The position numbers and the translations under genes are program-made. This document shows, in pieces, positions 45,286 through 54,525 of a stretch of 64,000 bases of DNA (position 1 is its first letter; each line of letters opens with the position of its first letter). A model generated the notes under the pieces. That model saw only the letters and a program-made list of their open reading frames with translations, had not been told where the DNA came from and made no database searches. Source of the DNA: a virus; IMG/VR virus record IMGVR_UViG_3300042362_000298, positions 4,313 through 68,312 of that record. One strand, written 5' to 3'.

Positions 45286-46287
45286 ATGGCAGAAGCGGAC
45301 TGTGGCATGCGCGTAGCGATTATCGGAGCTGGATGGGTGGGATGCCACTTGGCTTATCAACTCAGAGACGAACACCACATCACGCTGTTTGACCGCAAAC
45401 CTGAACCGTTTCACGGCGCTTCGCTGGTCAACCAAAATCGGCTTCACCTTGGCTATCACTACGCAAGGAATGCAGCCACTCGTTCGCTGTGCAGATTTAC
45501 TTTCGATCGTTTTATGCACGAATACGGAAGTCTCACTTACGCAGTGGAGGATAATTTGTATGCGGTGCCAGAAGATGAAAGCTTGCTAGACGCGGGAACC
45601 GTCAGAAGCATCTTCCCTCCATTGATCTTTCAGTATGAAGAAATTGAAGCCGACTTTCTTCGCGACACTTCCATGGTTTGGCGCACTCAAGAGCGTTACA
45701 TTTCTCCCGTCGAGGCCAAACAGTTCTTCTCGGAGCAATTGTCTCCAGTGTTCCAACAAGAACAAATTACCAAGGAAGGCATTAAGCGGCTGAAGCAAGA
45801 TTTTCATTTGGTGATTGATTGCACGAATAATGCGCTGCTAAAGCCATCAAGCAATGAATACTTTGAGGCAGTGGCAATGTTTCTCTATGACATTCAAAAG
45901 CCTTTGCCTTTTGGTGCGCTCACTTATATTGACGGACCATTGTTTTCTTTCTATCCGTTTCACGATGGCACTATGTCCCTGAGTCATGTGGTGCATAGCG
46001 TTGCCGCCGATTCAGTGTTGCCCATTGAGGAAGAGCCGCCGATGGAAAAGCTGGAACAATTAAGACACAAGGCAGAGCTTCATGCTCGCTCGTACTGGCC
46101 GGGCTTCCTGGACCATCTTTCTCGTCATAGTATTGTGCTGTCAATGAAAAGCAAACGAACCAATGCCAGTGCATATCGAGCCCCGCTGTTCAAACAGCAG
46201 GACAATCTTCTGTCTTGCTATACAGGCAAGATTCAGGGCATCTACTTAATCGAAGAAAAAGTGCGCGAAATATTGGAGGGTCTGTAA
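45286..46287 (+). CDS. FAD-dependent oxidoreductase
   Basis: IIGAGWVG, GAS..NQNRLHLGYHY.R, DGPL, GKI. Confidence 0.88.
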   Translation: MAEADCGMRVAIIGAGWVGCHLAYQLRDEHHITLFDRKPEPFHGASLVNQNRLHLGYHYARNAATRSLCRFTFDRFMHEYGSLTYAVEDNLYAVPEDESLLDAGTVRSIFPPLIFQYEEIEADFLRDTSMVWRTQERYISPVEAKQFFSEQLSPVFQQEQITKEGIKRLKQDFHLVIDCTNNALLKPSSNEYFEAVAMFLYDIQKPLPFGALTYIDGPLFSFYPFHDGTMSLSHVVHSVAADSVLPIEEEPPMEKLEQLRHKAELHARSYWPGFLDHLSRHSIVLSMKSKRTNASAYRAPLFKQQDNLLSCYTGKIQGIYLIEEKVREILEGL

Positions 46288-46985
46288 AGATGAGCGAAAT
46301 AATGGTACTCACCTGGATAATTCTTTGCCTTTAACAGCTCGCGAATGACTGCCCCTTCGTATTCGGCATTGCGCAACGCTTCAGCAAAACGCTCATGCTT
46401 TTCCTGGGAGACAATGGGGCCAATATTTTGATCGCTAATGTGAACATGCTTAATATAGGGAAAGTATTGAACAAGCACATCTTCAGGCCATTGACTCTCT
46501 AGCCAGACGCTATTAGTGTCGATCATTGTTGCAGTGTGGGACAATGAGTATTCCGCAAGGCTTTGCACAATTTCTTCGACTGTGAAGAAATATTCGCCAC
46601 CATAGGGCTTGGCTACGGGCTCAATACAAACAGTGCAATCGAGAGCGGCAAGGGCATCATTCACCCTTGCAAGCGCGTCCATCAAATAACGCCTGTCGCC
46701 TTTGCGTAGTCCTGGGCTTCCAAGCACCATTCTCTTCCATCCGTATTCATGCGCCATTGCTATCAAATTGGCCAAGCATGAATCCAGCGCCTGCTCGTCC
46801 CAGAAGGCGTCAATGTCCATGCCATAGAACAATGATTGCGCCGAATATTTTTGCAAATAGCCGGAAAAGCGACTGTGCCTTTTGAAGGGCACTGCTTCCA
46901 ATAGCTCGACGCCATCGGGAAGATGCAGGACAATTTCTGTATGGTCTTCGGCTTCCCAGCCAATTGCACTAACCCCGAGCTTCAT
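46242..46985 (-). CDS. sugar-phosphate isomerase/epimerase (TIM barrel)
   Basis: VSAIGW, VLGSP..R, CIEP, MIDT, HVHISD. Confidence 0.85.
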   Translation of the reverse strand: MKLGVSAIGWEAEDHTEIVLHLPDGVELLEAVPFKRHSRFSGYLQKYSAQSLFYGMDIDAFWDEQALDSCLANLIAMAHEYGWKRMVLGSPGLRKGDRRYLMDALARVNDALAALDCTVCIEPVAKPYGGEYFFTVEEIVQSLAEYSLSHTATMIDTNSVWLESQWPEDVLVQYFPYIKHVHISDQNIGPIVSQEKHERFAEALRNAEYEGAVIRELLKAKNYPGEYHYFAHLYRPSNISRTFSSIK

Positions 46986-47721
46986 TGATAAATGCCTCCA
47001 TTTCATCCATTACTTCCCCCTTGGAAAGCCAATAACCGCTTTTCGTTGCCATGGTGCGATAATCGTAAGAGATACGCTCACTCCATGAGATTTCAGCATT
47101 GGGGAAAAACCTATCAATGATTTCTAAGGTTTCAATGGGAGGCGGGAATAAATTGATCACTTCATTGCCTTTTACTTCTTGAATGTCTTGCCACAGTCGC
47201 CTGAGCGGATACCACTGATAGGCCGAGTTGCCATTGATTTGATCGATATTGTGATCATTCAGCAAATCAAACAAGATATTCTTTTTGATAAGCGGATGGA
47301 AGACGGCTGGCAGTCGCACAATGCAAGTATCAAAGCCAAGCGTGTCTTGGACAAGTGTTTCAAACAAAAGTCTGTTAGAGCCGTAGCTCAATGGTCCAAA
47401 ATGCGTCCAACAACTTTCATTGCCTCCGCAATTGTCGGGCTGATAAATGTCAATGGTGGAAATAAGAATTACTTTCGTTGCCCATACCTCTGTTAGAACA
47501 TCGACAATGGAGAGAATATTGTTGAAGTCTTTTGCTGGGTCTTGATTGACCAACCATTTTGTTGCAGGCAGGCAAGCAAGGTACAATTCGTCCACTTGCC
47601 CTGGCGCATTGGCAATCTCCGGCAACTCATGAATGTTGCTGGAATTAAAGGTGGCGTCGAAGTTGGCGGATTGCTGCAGAACGCTACCAATCAGACCAGT
47701 GTCTCCTACGAGAACTTTCAT
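46969..47721 (-). CDS. NAD-dependent epimerase/dehydratase-like protein
   Basis: VGDTGLIG, PATKW..N, LISTIDIY, YGSNR...E, RLPA. Confidence 0.85.
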   Translation of the reverse strand: MKVLVGDTGLIGSVLQQSANFDATFNSSNIHELPEIANAPGQVDELYLACLPATKWLVNQDPAKDFNNILSIVDVLTEVWATKVILISTIDIYQPDNCGGNESCWTHFGPLSYGSNRLLFETLVQDTLGFDTCIVRLPAVFHPLIKKNILFDLLNDHNIDQINGNSAYQWYPLRRLWQDIQEVKGNEVINLFPPPIETLEIIDRFFPNAEISWSERISYDYRTMATKSGYWLSKGEVMDEMEAFINEARG

Positions 47722-47741
47722 GGGCTTGAAACTTTGCCCTA

Positions 47742-48419
47742 CTATACTGGCACCGCTTGCGGCTGCTGCCTGAAGTAGCGCACAGAACAGCGGCACCTAG
47801 CGCCGCATTCACAACGCTGTCCCGGCAGTGGCACGCTTCCAATGGAAACAACGCCACGAGCGGCATAACGCAGGCAATCTTCGCAGTGCTTGGCTTGCTC
47901 GTCCAGGATGCGCCGCATTAAGGAATAGCCTTGTTCCTGCTGTCTGATTTCGGCTCCCAGCCAGTAACTGCCACGAACGCTTTGAGCGTATAAGCCAATG
48001 CGAGCCAAAGCCATGGGAGCAGAAACGCGACCGCCAAGCAAATCGGAGGCAAAATTCGCAAGAAAATCATATTCCAAACGAAGCCTTTGACCCACGCGAC
48101 CATATTCTGCACTGCCCATACCAGCTTTGCCTCCGTGGCCAATAATTGCTGCTTGAATGTGGGCGGCTTTAATAGCTTCTCGCACGCTTCCTTGCCACTG
48201 GTCAAGAGTGATTGATCCATCATTGAGCATGCGAGTGAAGCGCTTAAGCGAAGCTTCCAGCTTATCAATGCGTCCGTCGACAAGCTTTTGCACAGAAGCT
48301 TGGCTTAAGAATTTGCCGCGTTCGTCCCGATAGCGTCCAGCGTTACGGTCGTAAGACCATGCAGCATCCATCCTGCTAGACAACACTGCTTCTGCAAATG
48401 CACTGAGGTCATTCAGCAT
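47742..48419 (-). CDS. head morphogenesis protein (MuF-like)
   Basis: after the portal; HCEDC...LPG.RCECGARCRC. Confidence 0.75.
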   Translation of the reverse strand: MLNDLSAFAEAVLSSRMDAAWSYDRNAGRYRDERGKFLSQASVQKLVDGRIDKLEASLKRFTRMLNDGSITLDQWQGSVREAIKAAHIQAAIIGHGGKAGMGSAEYGRVGQRLRLEYDFLANFASDLLGGRVSAPMALARIGLYAQSVRGSYWLGAEIRQQEQGYSLMRRILDEQAKHCEDCLRYAARGVVSIGSVPLPGQRCECGARCRCSVRYFRQQPQAVPV

Positions 48420-50484
48420 TGTCGGCTTCCAGGATTTCCTTGAACTTGACAGGAGCCTCCTCCTTCCATTCACTCAAAGCCTTGTCAATGTCAGCCTCCG
48501 TAATAAAAGCTTCCTCGTCAATGTTGCCGAGGATCATGCCTTCTACTTTCATGGGCTCAATGGCATCGACTTTGCTGCTGACCATCTTCGCCGGCCCTTT
48601 GCGCTCTGGATCGGGATCAGCTTTGCGCTTGCGAGCAACAATGGTTTGACGCTCTTCTTTGCTCATGGCTTGAGCCTTCGCCTCAGGGAGGCACTTGGGC
48701 TTTCCTTCTTTCTCTTCACGAGCACCGCATGGTCCCATGATTTCGCCATTGGCCCCAATTCTCACCCATTTCTCCTTGAACCACTTATCAAGATCATCGG
48801 CATAAATTTCTTGACCATCGCTCTTGAAAGCGCCGCTCATTGAACCGTGCTTTTCTTTGTACATGCGCTTGTACTGCTGCACCACATAGCCACTGGCATA
48901 AGCTGATGGCCACACTTTGAATTTGCTTTTAGCCGCTGCCACGGCTCGACTGTGCAGATCTTTGTCGGTAAAAGTAACATCTCCGCGTCGATGCTCAAGA
49001 TCACGAGGCAAGTACAAGCCGGCAGCATCTTCCACTTCTCGACTTCCGTCCATGGGAAGAGTGCCATTGGCCTCGTCAAGGGGATCGCGACCACCTGGGG
49101 GCACCTTCATCTCACCCCTTTCTTGAGTGGAACCACCCCCAAGTTGAGTGGGAAGTTCCCGCACAACGGACGGATCGAGAGTGAGTTCCATTGACCAGTC
49201 AGTGCCACCGTAACGGGCGTCAGCCACCTCCTTGGGACTCAGCACTCCCAGTTGGATGTAACGCCCGTCAACGGCTGCTACACGGGCTCTCACGTCTGCC
49301 TTTTCGCGTTCATTCAGCTCGAACAAATCGTTGAACTTGACACGCCATGACTCAGGCATGCGTCCATTTGTGGGACCAGTGCGGCTGAGCATGATTAGCT
49401 CCATCAGCTTCTTGAGAGGGCGATGGAAAGTGGATTGCTGGTAGTCTGCAAGCGTCTTGGCAAAATCGCGCTCTTCGCTTCTGCCAGTAGAGCCAAGGCC
49501 GCTTGGGCTTTCCCCAAACAACACTGTGTGAGGAATCTTGGAGGCTCCAATGATGTCCACGCGCATCTTTTCAAGGATTTCTCCCACGCCTCCAAAGTTT
49601 CTGCTGATAAAAGCAAGCTCTTCTTTCTCTGCATCAATGGCGTAGCCGCGATAAACGCTCTTGCTCATATCATTTAGCACCAGACGATCACGCACATCTT
49701 TTTCTTTTCCAGCGGCCAGCATTTGCGCCAAGCCCTTAATCTTGTGAACAAAAATATCAAACTCGCACAACAACGTGGCCGAAGCATTTAGGCCAGTCCA
49801 GTAGTGCTTAAAGCTTTCGTAGACAGTTTGCAAACTACTCATCCCCCATCCATAGTTCCTTTGCCTAATGCGATAGGGAAGCCAGTCACCGTCAAAACGC
49901 AAAATCCTATCTTTATGGATGTAGGTGAGTTGTGGCTGGCGAATGAGGTCGCCTGAAATGATTTGATAATATGTTGCCTTGGAGTAGTCGTATAGATTTT
50001 CTTCGTTAATCACTGGTGCAATTTGCCAACGGTCAAGCACTTCCATGCCTTCAACGGCATAAATGCGGCTCTTGTCTACTGGCTGATCCGCTGGACGCCC
50101 ATCGTCGATGTAGAGCAGGATGACGGACCCCCCATAGAGCCGAGCATTCTTGGAAGCCAGCATGAAATTCTCGAGGATGTGCAGATCCTCGATAGTTTGT
50201 TCAATGCCCACCACCTCCTCGGCAGCGGCACCCTCGCCGCCAAACAGCACCTTGAAGCCTTTGCGGGTGGCCTGCTCGGCATAAATGTCTACAATGCGGC
50301 GTGGAAGCCATTCGCCGTACAGAGCTTCCAGCTCTTCTTGAGCCAGGAAGACGATGGGCTGGGCAGTGGTCTGCAGGCTTTTGTCACGGCCTTTGATGCC
50401 CATGCCCGTGAGCGCATTGGCAAGGCCGTCCGCTCGCAGACCAGCTTCGTTCGCATGGCCAAGATCTACTGCTTCTTCCGACAT
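48409..50484 (-). CDS. portal protein (DUF1073 type) with C-terminal accessory domains
   Basis: RRIVD, ARLYGG, IHKDR, WGMS.L, IPHTVLFGESPSGL; position before the MuF-like gene. Confidence 0.85.
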   Translation of the reverse strand: MSEEAVDLGHANEAGLRADGLANALTGMGIKGRDKSLQTTAQPIVFLAQEELEALYGEWLPRRIVDIYAEQATRKGFKVLFGGEGAAAEEVVGIEQTIEDLHILENFMLASKNARLYGGSVILLYIDDGRPADQPVDKSRIYAVEGMEVLDRWQIAPVINEENLYDYSKATYYQIISGDLIRQPQLTYIHKDRILRFDGDWLPYRIRQRNYGWGMSSLQTVYESFKHYWTGLNASATLLCEFDIFVHKIKGLAQMLAAGKEKDVRDRLVLNDMSKSVYRGYAIDAEKEELAFISRNFGGVGEILEKMRVDIIGASKIPHTVLFGESPSGLGSTGRSEERDFAKTLADYQQSTFHRPLKKLMELIMLSRTGPTNGRMPESWRVKFNDLFELNEREKADVRARVAAVDGRYIQLGVLSPKEVADARYGGTDWSMELTLDPSVVRELPTQLGGGSTQERGEMKVPPGGRDPLDEANGTLPMDGSREVEDAAGLYLPRDLEHRRGDVTFTDKDLHSRAVAAAKSKFKVWPSAYASGYVVQQYKRMYKEKHGSMSGAFKSDGQEIYADDLDKWFKEKWVRIGANGEIMGPCGAREEKEGKPKCLPEAKAQAMSKEERQTIVARKRKADPDPERKGPAKMVSSKVDAIEPMKVEGMILGNIDEEAFITEADIDKALSEWKEEAPVKFKEILEADNAE

Positions 50485-50549
50485 TGTTCACATTATGGGC
50501 TTGCTTCCATTCTAAAGATGTGTATGATGGCCATGACGTGCGTCTTGTT

Positions 50550-51059
50550 ATGCCCACTCCCATTGAATTTGTCTTTTCCGAAGAGGAACGAAAGCAGGCA
50601 ATGGAGGAAGGAAAGCGGAGGCAGTCCGTGAATGAAGCAAAAGGGCTTCGTGGTCGTAATCGTGGCGCCGCTCGTGGCGACAAAGCCTTGGAAATCCACT
50701 TGCTTGGCGCAGCGGGCGAAATGGCCGTGGGTTCCTACTTAGGGCTCAAGCATTTGCTCTACAAAGAAAGCGAAGCCAAGCGGGGCTCAGATGACCTGCC
50801 CGGCATGGACATCAAAACCCGGTCGAAACATTCTTACGACCTTATCGTGCAACGCAATGAAGATCCGCATAAGAAATTTGTCTTGGTGACCATCGAAAAC
50901 CATCGCACTCTCATCCACGGATGGTGCTGGGGAAAAGAAGCGATGGACGAACGGTATTGGGCAGATCCAGCTCGCAACAGACCAGCTTATTTCTTTCCAA
51001 AGGAATTGTTGCATAACATGGAGGAACTGGCTGTGGCTAAATATCGTGCTGAAGTGTAG
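50550..51059 (+). CDS. hypothetical nuclease-like protein
   Basis: GAAGEMAV...D...DIKTR...HGW; PD-(D/E)XK-like pattern. Confidence 0.6.
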   Translation: MPTPIEFVFSEEERKQAMEEGKRRQSVNEAKGLRGRNRGAARGDKALEIHLLGAAGEMAVGSYLGLKHLLYKESEAKRGSDDLPGMDIKTRSKHSYDLIVQRNEDPHKKFVLVTIENHRTLIHGWCWGKEAMDERYWADPARNRPAYFFPKELLHNMEELAVAKYRAEV

Positions 51060-52419
51060 TGAGTTTGCAGAGCTAGTCCTCAAGACGCCCCTGTGGCCAA
51101 GGCAGCAAAGAATTCTCAACAATCTGTTTGAAGAGAATGTCAACCATGCCATTTGGTCAATGGGAAGAAGGAGTGGCAAGACCTTCATGGCATCAGTGGC
51201 TGCTGCCTACATGGCCTTTTGTCAAGATGAACACTTCCGCCGGAGGGTGCGCAAGGGAGAGAAGTGGTATGTGGTGACGGTTGCTAACGATTTGGGCCAG
51301 TCCAAGATTGCTCTTGACAACATTCGTCAGCTCATTATCAACAGCCCGCTAGAGCAAGAAATCACAAGGGAAACATCCTTGGAGATTGAACTGAGCAATG
51401 GCTGTGTATTCCAAGCTATTCCCGCCTCAGCTCGAGCATCTCGAGGGAAAGCTGTCGTGGCTGTGGTCATGGACGAACTTGCTTTCAGTATTGACGGCGA
51501 TGCAAACCGTGGCGCAGAAGCCATGTACACAGCACTGTCCCCCTCTATTGCTCAGTTCGGCAAGCACGGCAAGATTATTGAACTGTCGTCTCCATGGCTA
51601 ACCAGTGGCTTGTTCTACGAGCATTTCAAACAAGCAGAAAGTGGTGAATACCCTGGCATGCAAGCATTGCAGATTCCTACATGGGACATCAACCCTAATC
51701 TGCCTTTTGATTGCCCCTTCCTGCAAAACGCTCTCAAGAAAGACGAAGAAAGCTTTTGGGTGGAATATGGCGCCCAGTTCAGGCGTAGCAACTCTGTGCT
51801 GCTGGCTCCTGAAGTGGTAGATGTGGCGGTGAACAAAGACAGATCAGTGCTGCCCCCTAAGCGTGAACTCGCTGGCACCTATTTCCTTTCTCTTGACCCT
51901 GCTCGTGGTGGCGTAGGCCGAGACGAATACATTGCTTGCATTATTCACTACGAAGGCGAACGCCTTGTCGTGGACAAGCTCCATACTTTCGACGCTGATT
52001 TTGAGATTGGTGGCAAAAAGGAAGTGAGCATTGCAAAAGTGGAAGAATGGATTAAGGAGCACCATCGCCTTTATGAATTCCAGAGCATCACGCTTGACCA
52101 GTTCAATAGCTCTGCTATCATTCAAGACCTTTCCAAGGATTTCCCCATTACTGAACTTTCATGGTCAGTCAGTACCAAGATGAAAGCCTTCAGCAAGCTG
52201 CGCGAACTGTTCAATGCTGGACTAATTGAACTGTATCCGCACAAAAAGCTCATCTGGCAGCTTAAAAATTTGAGCGTGTTGTATCGAGCAAGCGGCCAAT
52301 GGGCAGTAACTGGCGGCAAAGACTCAGGCGTGGATGACTATTGCTTTGCTCTTGCGGCGGCAGTATTAGATGCGTCAAAAGATGACAACATTGATTGGAT
52401 AAGGAGCCTTACTAGATAG
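51046..52419 (+). CDS. terL: terminase large subunit
   Basis: Walker A GRRSGKT, Walker B VVMDE, LSSP; nuclease LSLDPA, LDQFNS, DDYCFA. Confidence 0.92.
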   Translation: MLKCSEFAELVLKTPLWPRQQRILNNLFEENVNHAIWSMGRRSGKTFMASVAAAYMAFCQDEHFRRRVRKGEKWYVVTVANDLGQSKIALDNIRQLIINSPLEQEITRETSLEIELSNGCVFQAIPASARASRGKAVVAVVMDELAFSIDGDANRGAEAMYTALSPSIAQFGKHGKIIELSSPWLTSGLFYEHFKQAESGEYPGMQALQIPTWDINPNLPFDCPFLQNALKKDEESFWVEYGAQFRRSNSVLLAPEVVDVAVNKDRSVLPPKRELAGTYFLSLDPARGGVGRDEYIACIIHYEGERLVVDKLHTFDADFEIGGKKEVSIAKVEEWIKEHHRLYEFQSITLDQFNSSAIIQDLSKDFPITELSWSVSTKMKAFSKLRELFNAGLIELYPHKKLIWQLKNLSVLYRASGQWAVTGGKDSGVDDYCFALAAAVLDASKDDNIDWIRSLTR

Positions 52420-52463
52420 CGCTTAGAATTTTCACCAATCAGACTTTTCAGCATTTTTGTAAA

Positions 52464-52640
52464 ATGATTGGCGTTGAACTTACGGACAAAGAACTAACCT
52501 TTATTCTTGCTCTTCTTGAAGCGGACAGGCAAACAGCGCTGCAGCTCTTGGCGGCTGAACATGCCTACAAGCCCACGTTGTTGCCGAAACTGCGCAATGC
52601 AGAAAAAGTGGTAAAAACAATGCAGAATTTGCAGGGATAG
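52464..52640 (+). CDS. small hypothetical protein (58 aa)
   Basis: MIGVELTDKELTFILALLEADRQ... Confidence 0.5.
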   Translation: MIGVELTDKELTFILALLEADRQTALQLLAAEHAYKPTLLPKLRNAEKVVKTMQNLQG

Positions 52641-52665
52641 ACTAAAGAAACCATGCCTGCCTTCC

Positions 52666-52839
52666 ATGGCCCTTCACCCTGCTGCCGAAGAAGCCTGGGA
52701 GCTTGCTGTGGAAGCCGCCAGGGCCGTTGAAGCCAGCGGAAGGCTATATGGCCCCAATAGCGAGGAAGTGCGCCTTGCAAGGGCAGCATTCCATCAATGG
52801 CGAGCCGAATACATCGAACTCACCGAAGCTCAAGGCTAA
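52666..52839 (+). CDS. small hypothetical protein (57 aa)
   Basis: MALHPAAEEAWELAVEAARAVE... Confidence 0.5.
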   Translation: MALHPAAEEAWELAVEAARAVEASGRLYGPNSEEVRLARAAFHQWRAEYIELTEAQG

Positions 52840-53158
52840 TGGTGCGCCTATTTTTTTCTCGTAATGGACAGCGGGAAATATGGGAAGTGCCATTCCACGA
52901 GGCCCGTCATGTCAATAAGCGATTGTTCCTAGAGGGAGCCGCCGTGTATTGGACGGAAGTCTGCTAAGCTTTTCAAGCTTCCTGCAGGAGCCCACTAGGC
53001 GCCTAGTGGTATTCATACCAGGGGAGGGCTCAGTCTCTCCCCGCTCCAACATCCTCGTCACTGTTGGCTTTGGGGATTCCGTGAGTGAGTTGAAGCACTC
53101 ACAACAAGGCAGAGCGTGGGCCGCACCCATTGATTCCCTAATGCGGGAAAACTCTGCC

Positions 53159-53359
53159 TCACCCTTCTTCTTTTTTCTTCACCCAGTTTTTTAGGTCTCT
53201 CACATAGCTTCGCAAGCTTTCCGCTTTTTCCAAGTGCCAAGGATCGTGATCCTCGAAATAGCGGGAATTGTGCCAATCAATGGCTTGAAGGAGACGATGG
53301 ATGATGGGATTGAGAGGCTCACGCAACGGCGTGTTAAAAGTTCGCCGCTCCTCGGACAT
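53159..53359 (-). CDS. hypothetical cyanophage-type protein
   Basis: FNTPLREPLN..I..LLQAIDWH...WHLEKA..LR.YV..LK.W. Confidence 0.7.
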   Translation of the reverse strand: MSEERRTFNTPLREPLNPIIHRLLQAIDWHNSRYFEDHDPWHLEKAESLRSYVRDLKNWVKKKEEG

Positions 53360-53894
53360 TGGTGCGGAAGTGATCGACGATCAAATCCAATGCTACAGGA
53401 GTGAAATCGTTCCTCTCAACGCAGGCATTGAAAAATCGTTGATCAACTTGCCCATCTTTTATCACTAGATGGCAGTGAAGGTGTCCGTGAACATTACCTA
53501 GATAGTGCCCACGAAGATTGTCGGGATGCACTGGAATGTGCGTGAAAATAAGACCACCTGGCAATGCCTTGCCTGCATGGTGAAACATGGCCCCGCGAAT
53601 GTCTTCAAAATACTCGGCGTAGTCTTTGAGCTTGAATGTATCGTGGTTGCCGCGAATGAGAATCTTTCTCCCATTGCATCTGGCTAAGTTTTTTAGCCCA
53701 CTACGCGGAATCGCTACGTCGCCAAGATGGTAAACAGTGTCTTTATCCTTAACCACTGCATTCCACCGCTCCACCATTGTCTCATCCATTTCTTCGCACG
53801 AAGAAAAAGGACGCAATGAGGAACCATCGGGCTGGATAAAAGACAAGCTTTTGGCGTGTCCCCAGTGGCTATCTCCAATGACGAAGGCGCTCAT
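53334..53894 (-). CDS. calcineurin-like metallophosphoesterase
   Basis: DSHWGH, HLGD, GNHD, THIP, HGHLH. Confidence 0.92.
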   Translation of the reverse strand: MSAFVIGDSHWGHAKSLSFIQPDGSSLRPFSSCEEMDETMVERWNAVVKDKDTVYHLGDVAIPRSGLKNLARCNGRKILIRGNHDTFKLKDYAEYFEDIRGAMFHHAGKALPGGLIFTHIPVHPDNLRGHYLGNVHGHLHCHLVIKDGQVDQRFFNACVERNDFTPVALDLIVDHFRTNVRGAANF

Positions 53895-54088
53895 CAGTCG
53901 TACTCCTTGATCACCATTCTTGAAATGGGAGTTGCCTCTATCAGGCTATGAACGCGACGCTCTGCTTCGTCGACAGTGGTAAATGTTCCCCTAAATTCCC
54001 ACCAGAGCCAGCACCGCTCTTCCACATCGTATATGGGCACTCCTGCTTGCACAAAGGATGAACGCCTAACAATGCGAAAACGAGCCAT
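53894..54088 (-). CDS. hypothetical protein
   Basis: 64 aa; TGATG overlap with the next gene. Confidence 0.65.
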   Translation of the reverse strand: MARFRIVRRSSFVQAGVPIYDVEERCWLWWEFRGTFTTVDEAERRVHSLIEATPISRMVIKEYD

Positions 54089-54089
54089 A

Positions 54090-54158
54090 GGGCGCTTCTG
54101 GGAATCGAACTCCAGGACTCTAGGCTATCTGCCTAGCGTGTGCCAACACTTAAGCGCA
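54090..54158 (-). tRNA. degenerate tRNA-like element (GAT loop, Ile-like)
   Basis: GCGCTT/AAGCGC acceptor; GTGT/ACAC short D arm; CTAGG-CAGATAG-CCTAG; T loop GTTCGATT; A33 instead of U33; no CCA. Confidence 0.55.
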
Positions 54159-54287
54159 AGATCGGTCCTCAGCATGGCACATGCCAAGTTCAGACCGAAG
54201 GGGAGACCACGGCATTGAACCGCGAGTGAGAGCCCATCCCTTCTCCCAAAGGCCCCAGGTTTGAGCATCGTTGAGAGGCTTAGGGGC

Positions 54288-54514
54288 GAACAGTCCGTCG
54301 AGCTTGCCGAATGGGTCGAGGGCTCACCAGTGGACCAGTCTGGCAGGAACGTCTTCCTGACCCGCAAACACGGGATTTAACGCAAACCAGCAACGCTCGA
54401 AAAGGACCGAACTAGAATCGACGCAGTGCCCATTCTTGCTGGCTGCACACTGCCGACAGAGCAGCAGTGATGGTGGACAGTACCGGCAGGCAAGCCCGTC
54501 GCATCTGTCGTTCG
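54288..54514 (-). ncRNA. candidate multi-branched structured RNA
   Basis: TATACT at 54517-54522; closing helix CGGGCTTGCC/GGCAAGCTCG; several internal stems. Confidence 0.5.
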
Positions 54515-54525
54515 TAAGTATAGCA

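Noticed and set aside
48409-50484. Anti-CBASS Acb1 call sometimes attached to DUF1073 proteins
   Set aside because: Size and synteny indicate a portal; I see no paired HxT/S phosphoesterase motifs.
54190-54250. tmRNA
   Set aside because: No G3-U70 alanine acceptor, tag reading frame or CCA is recognisable.
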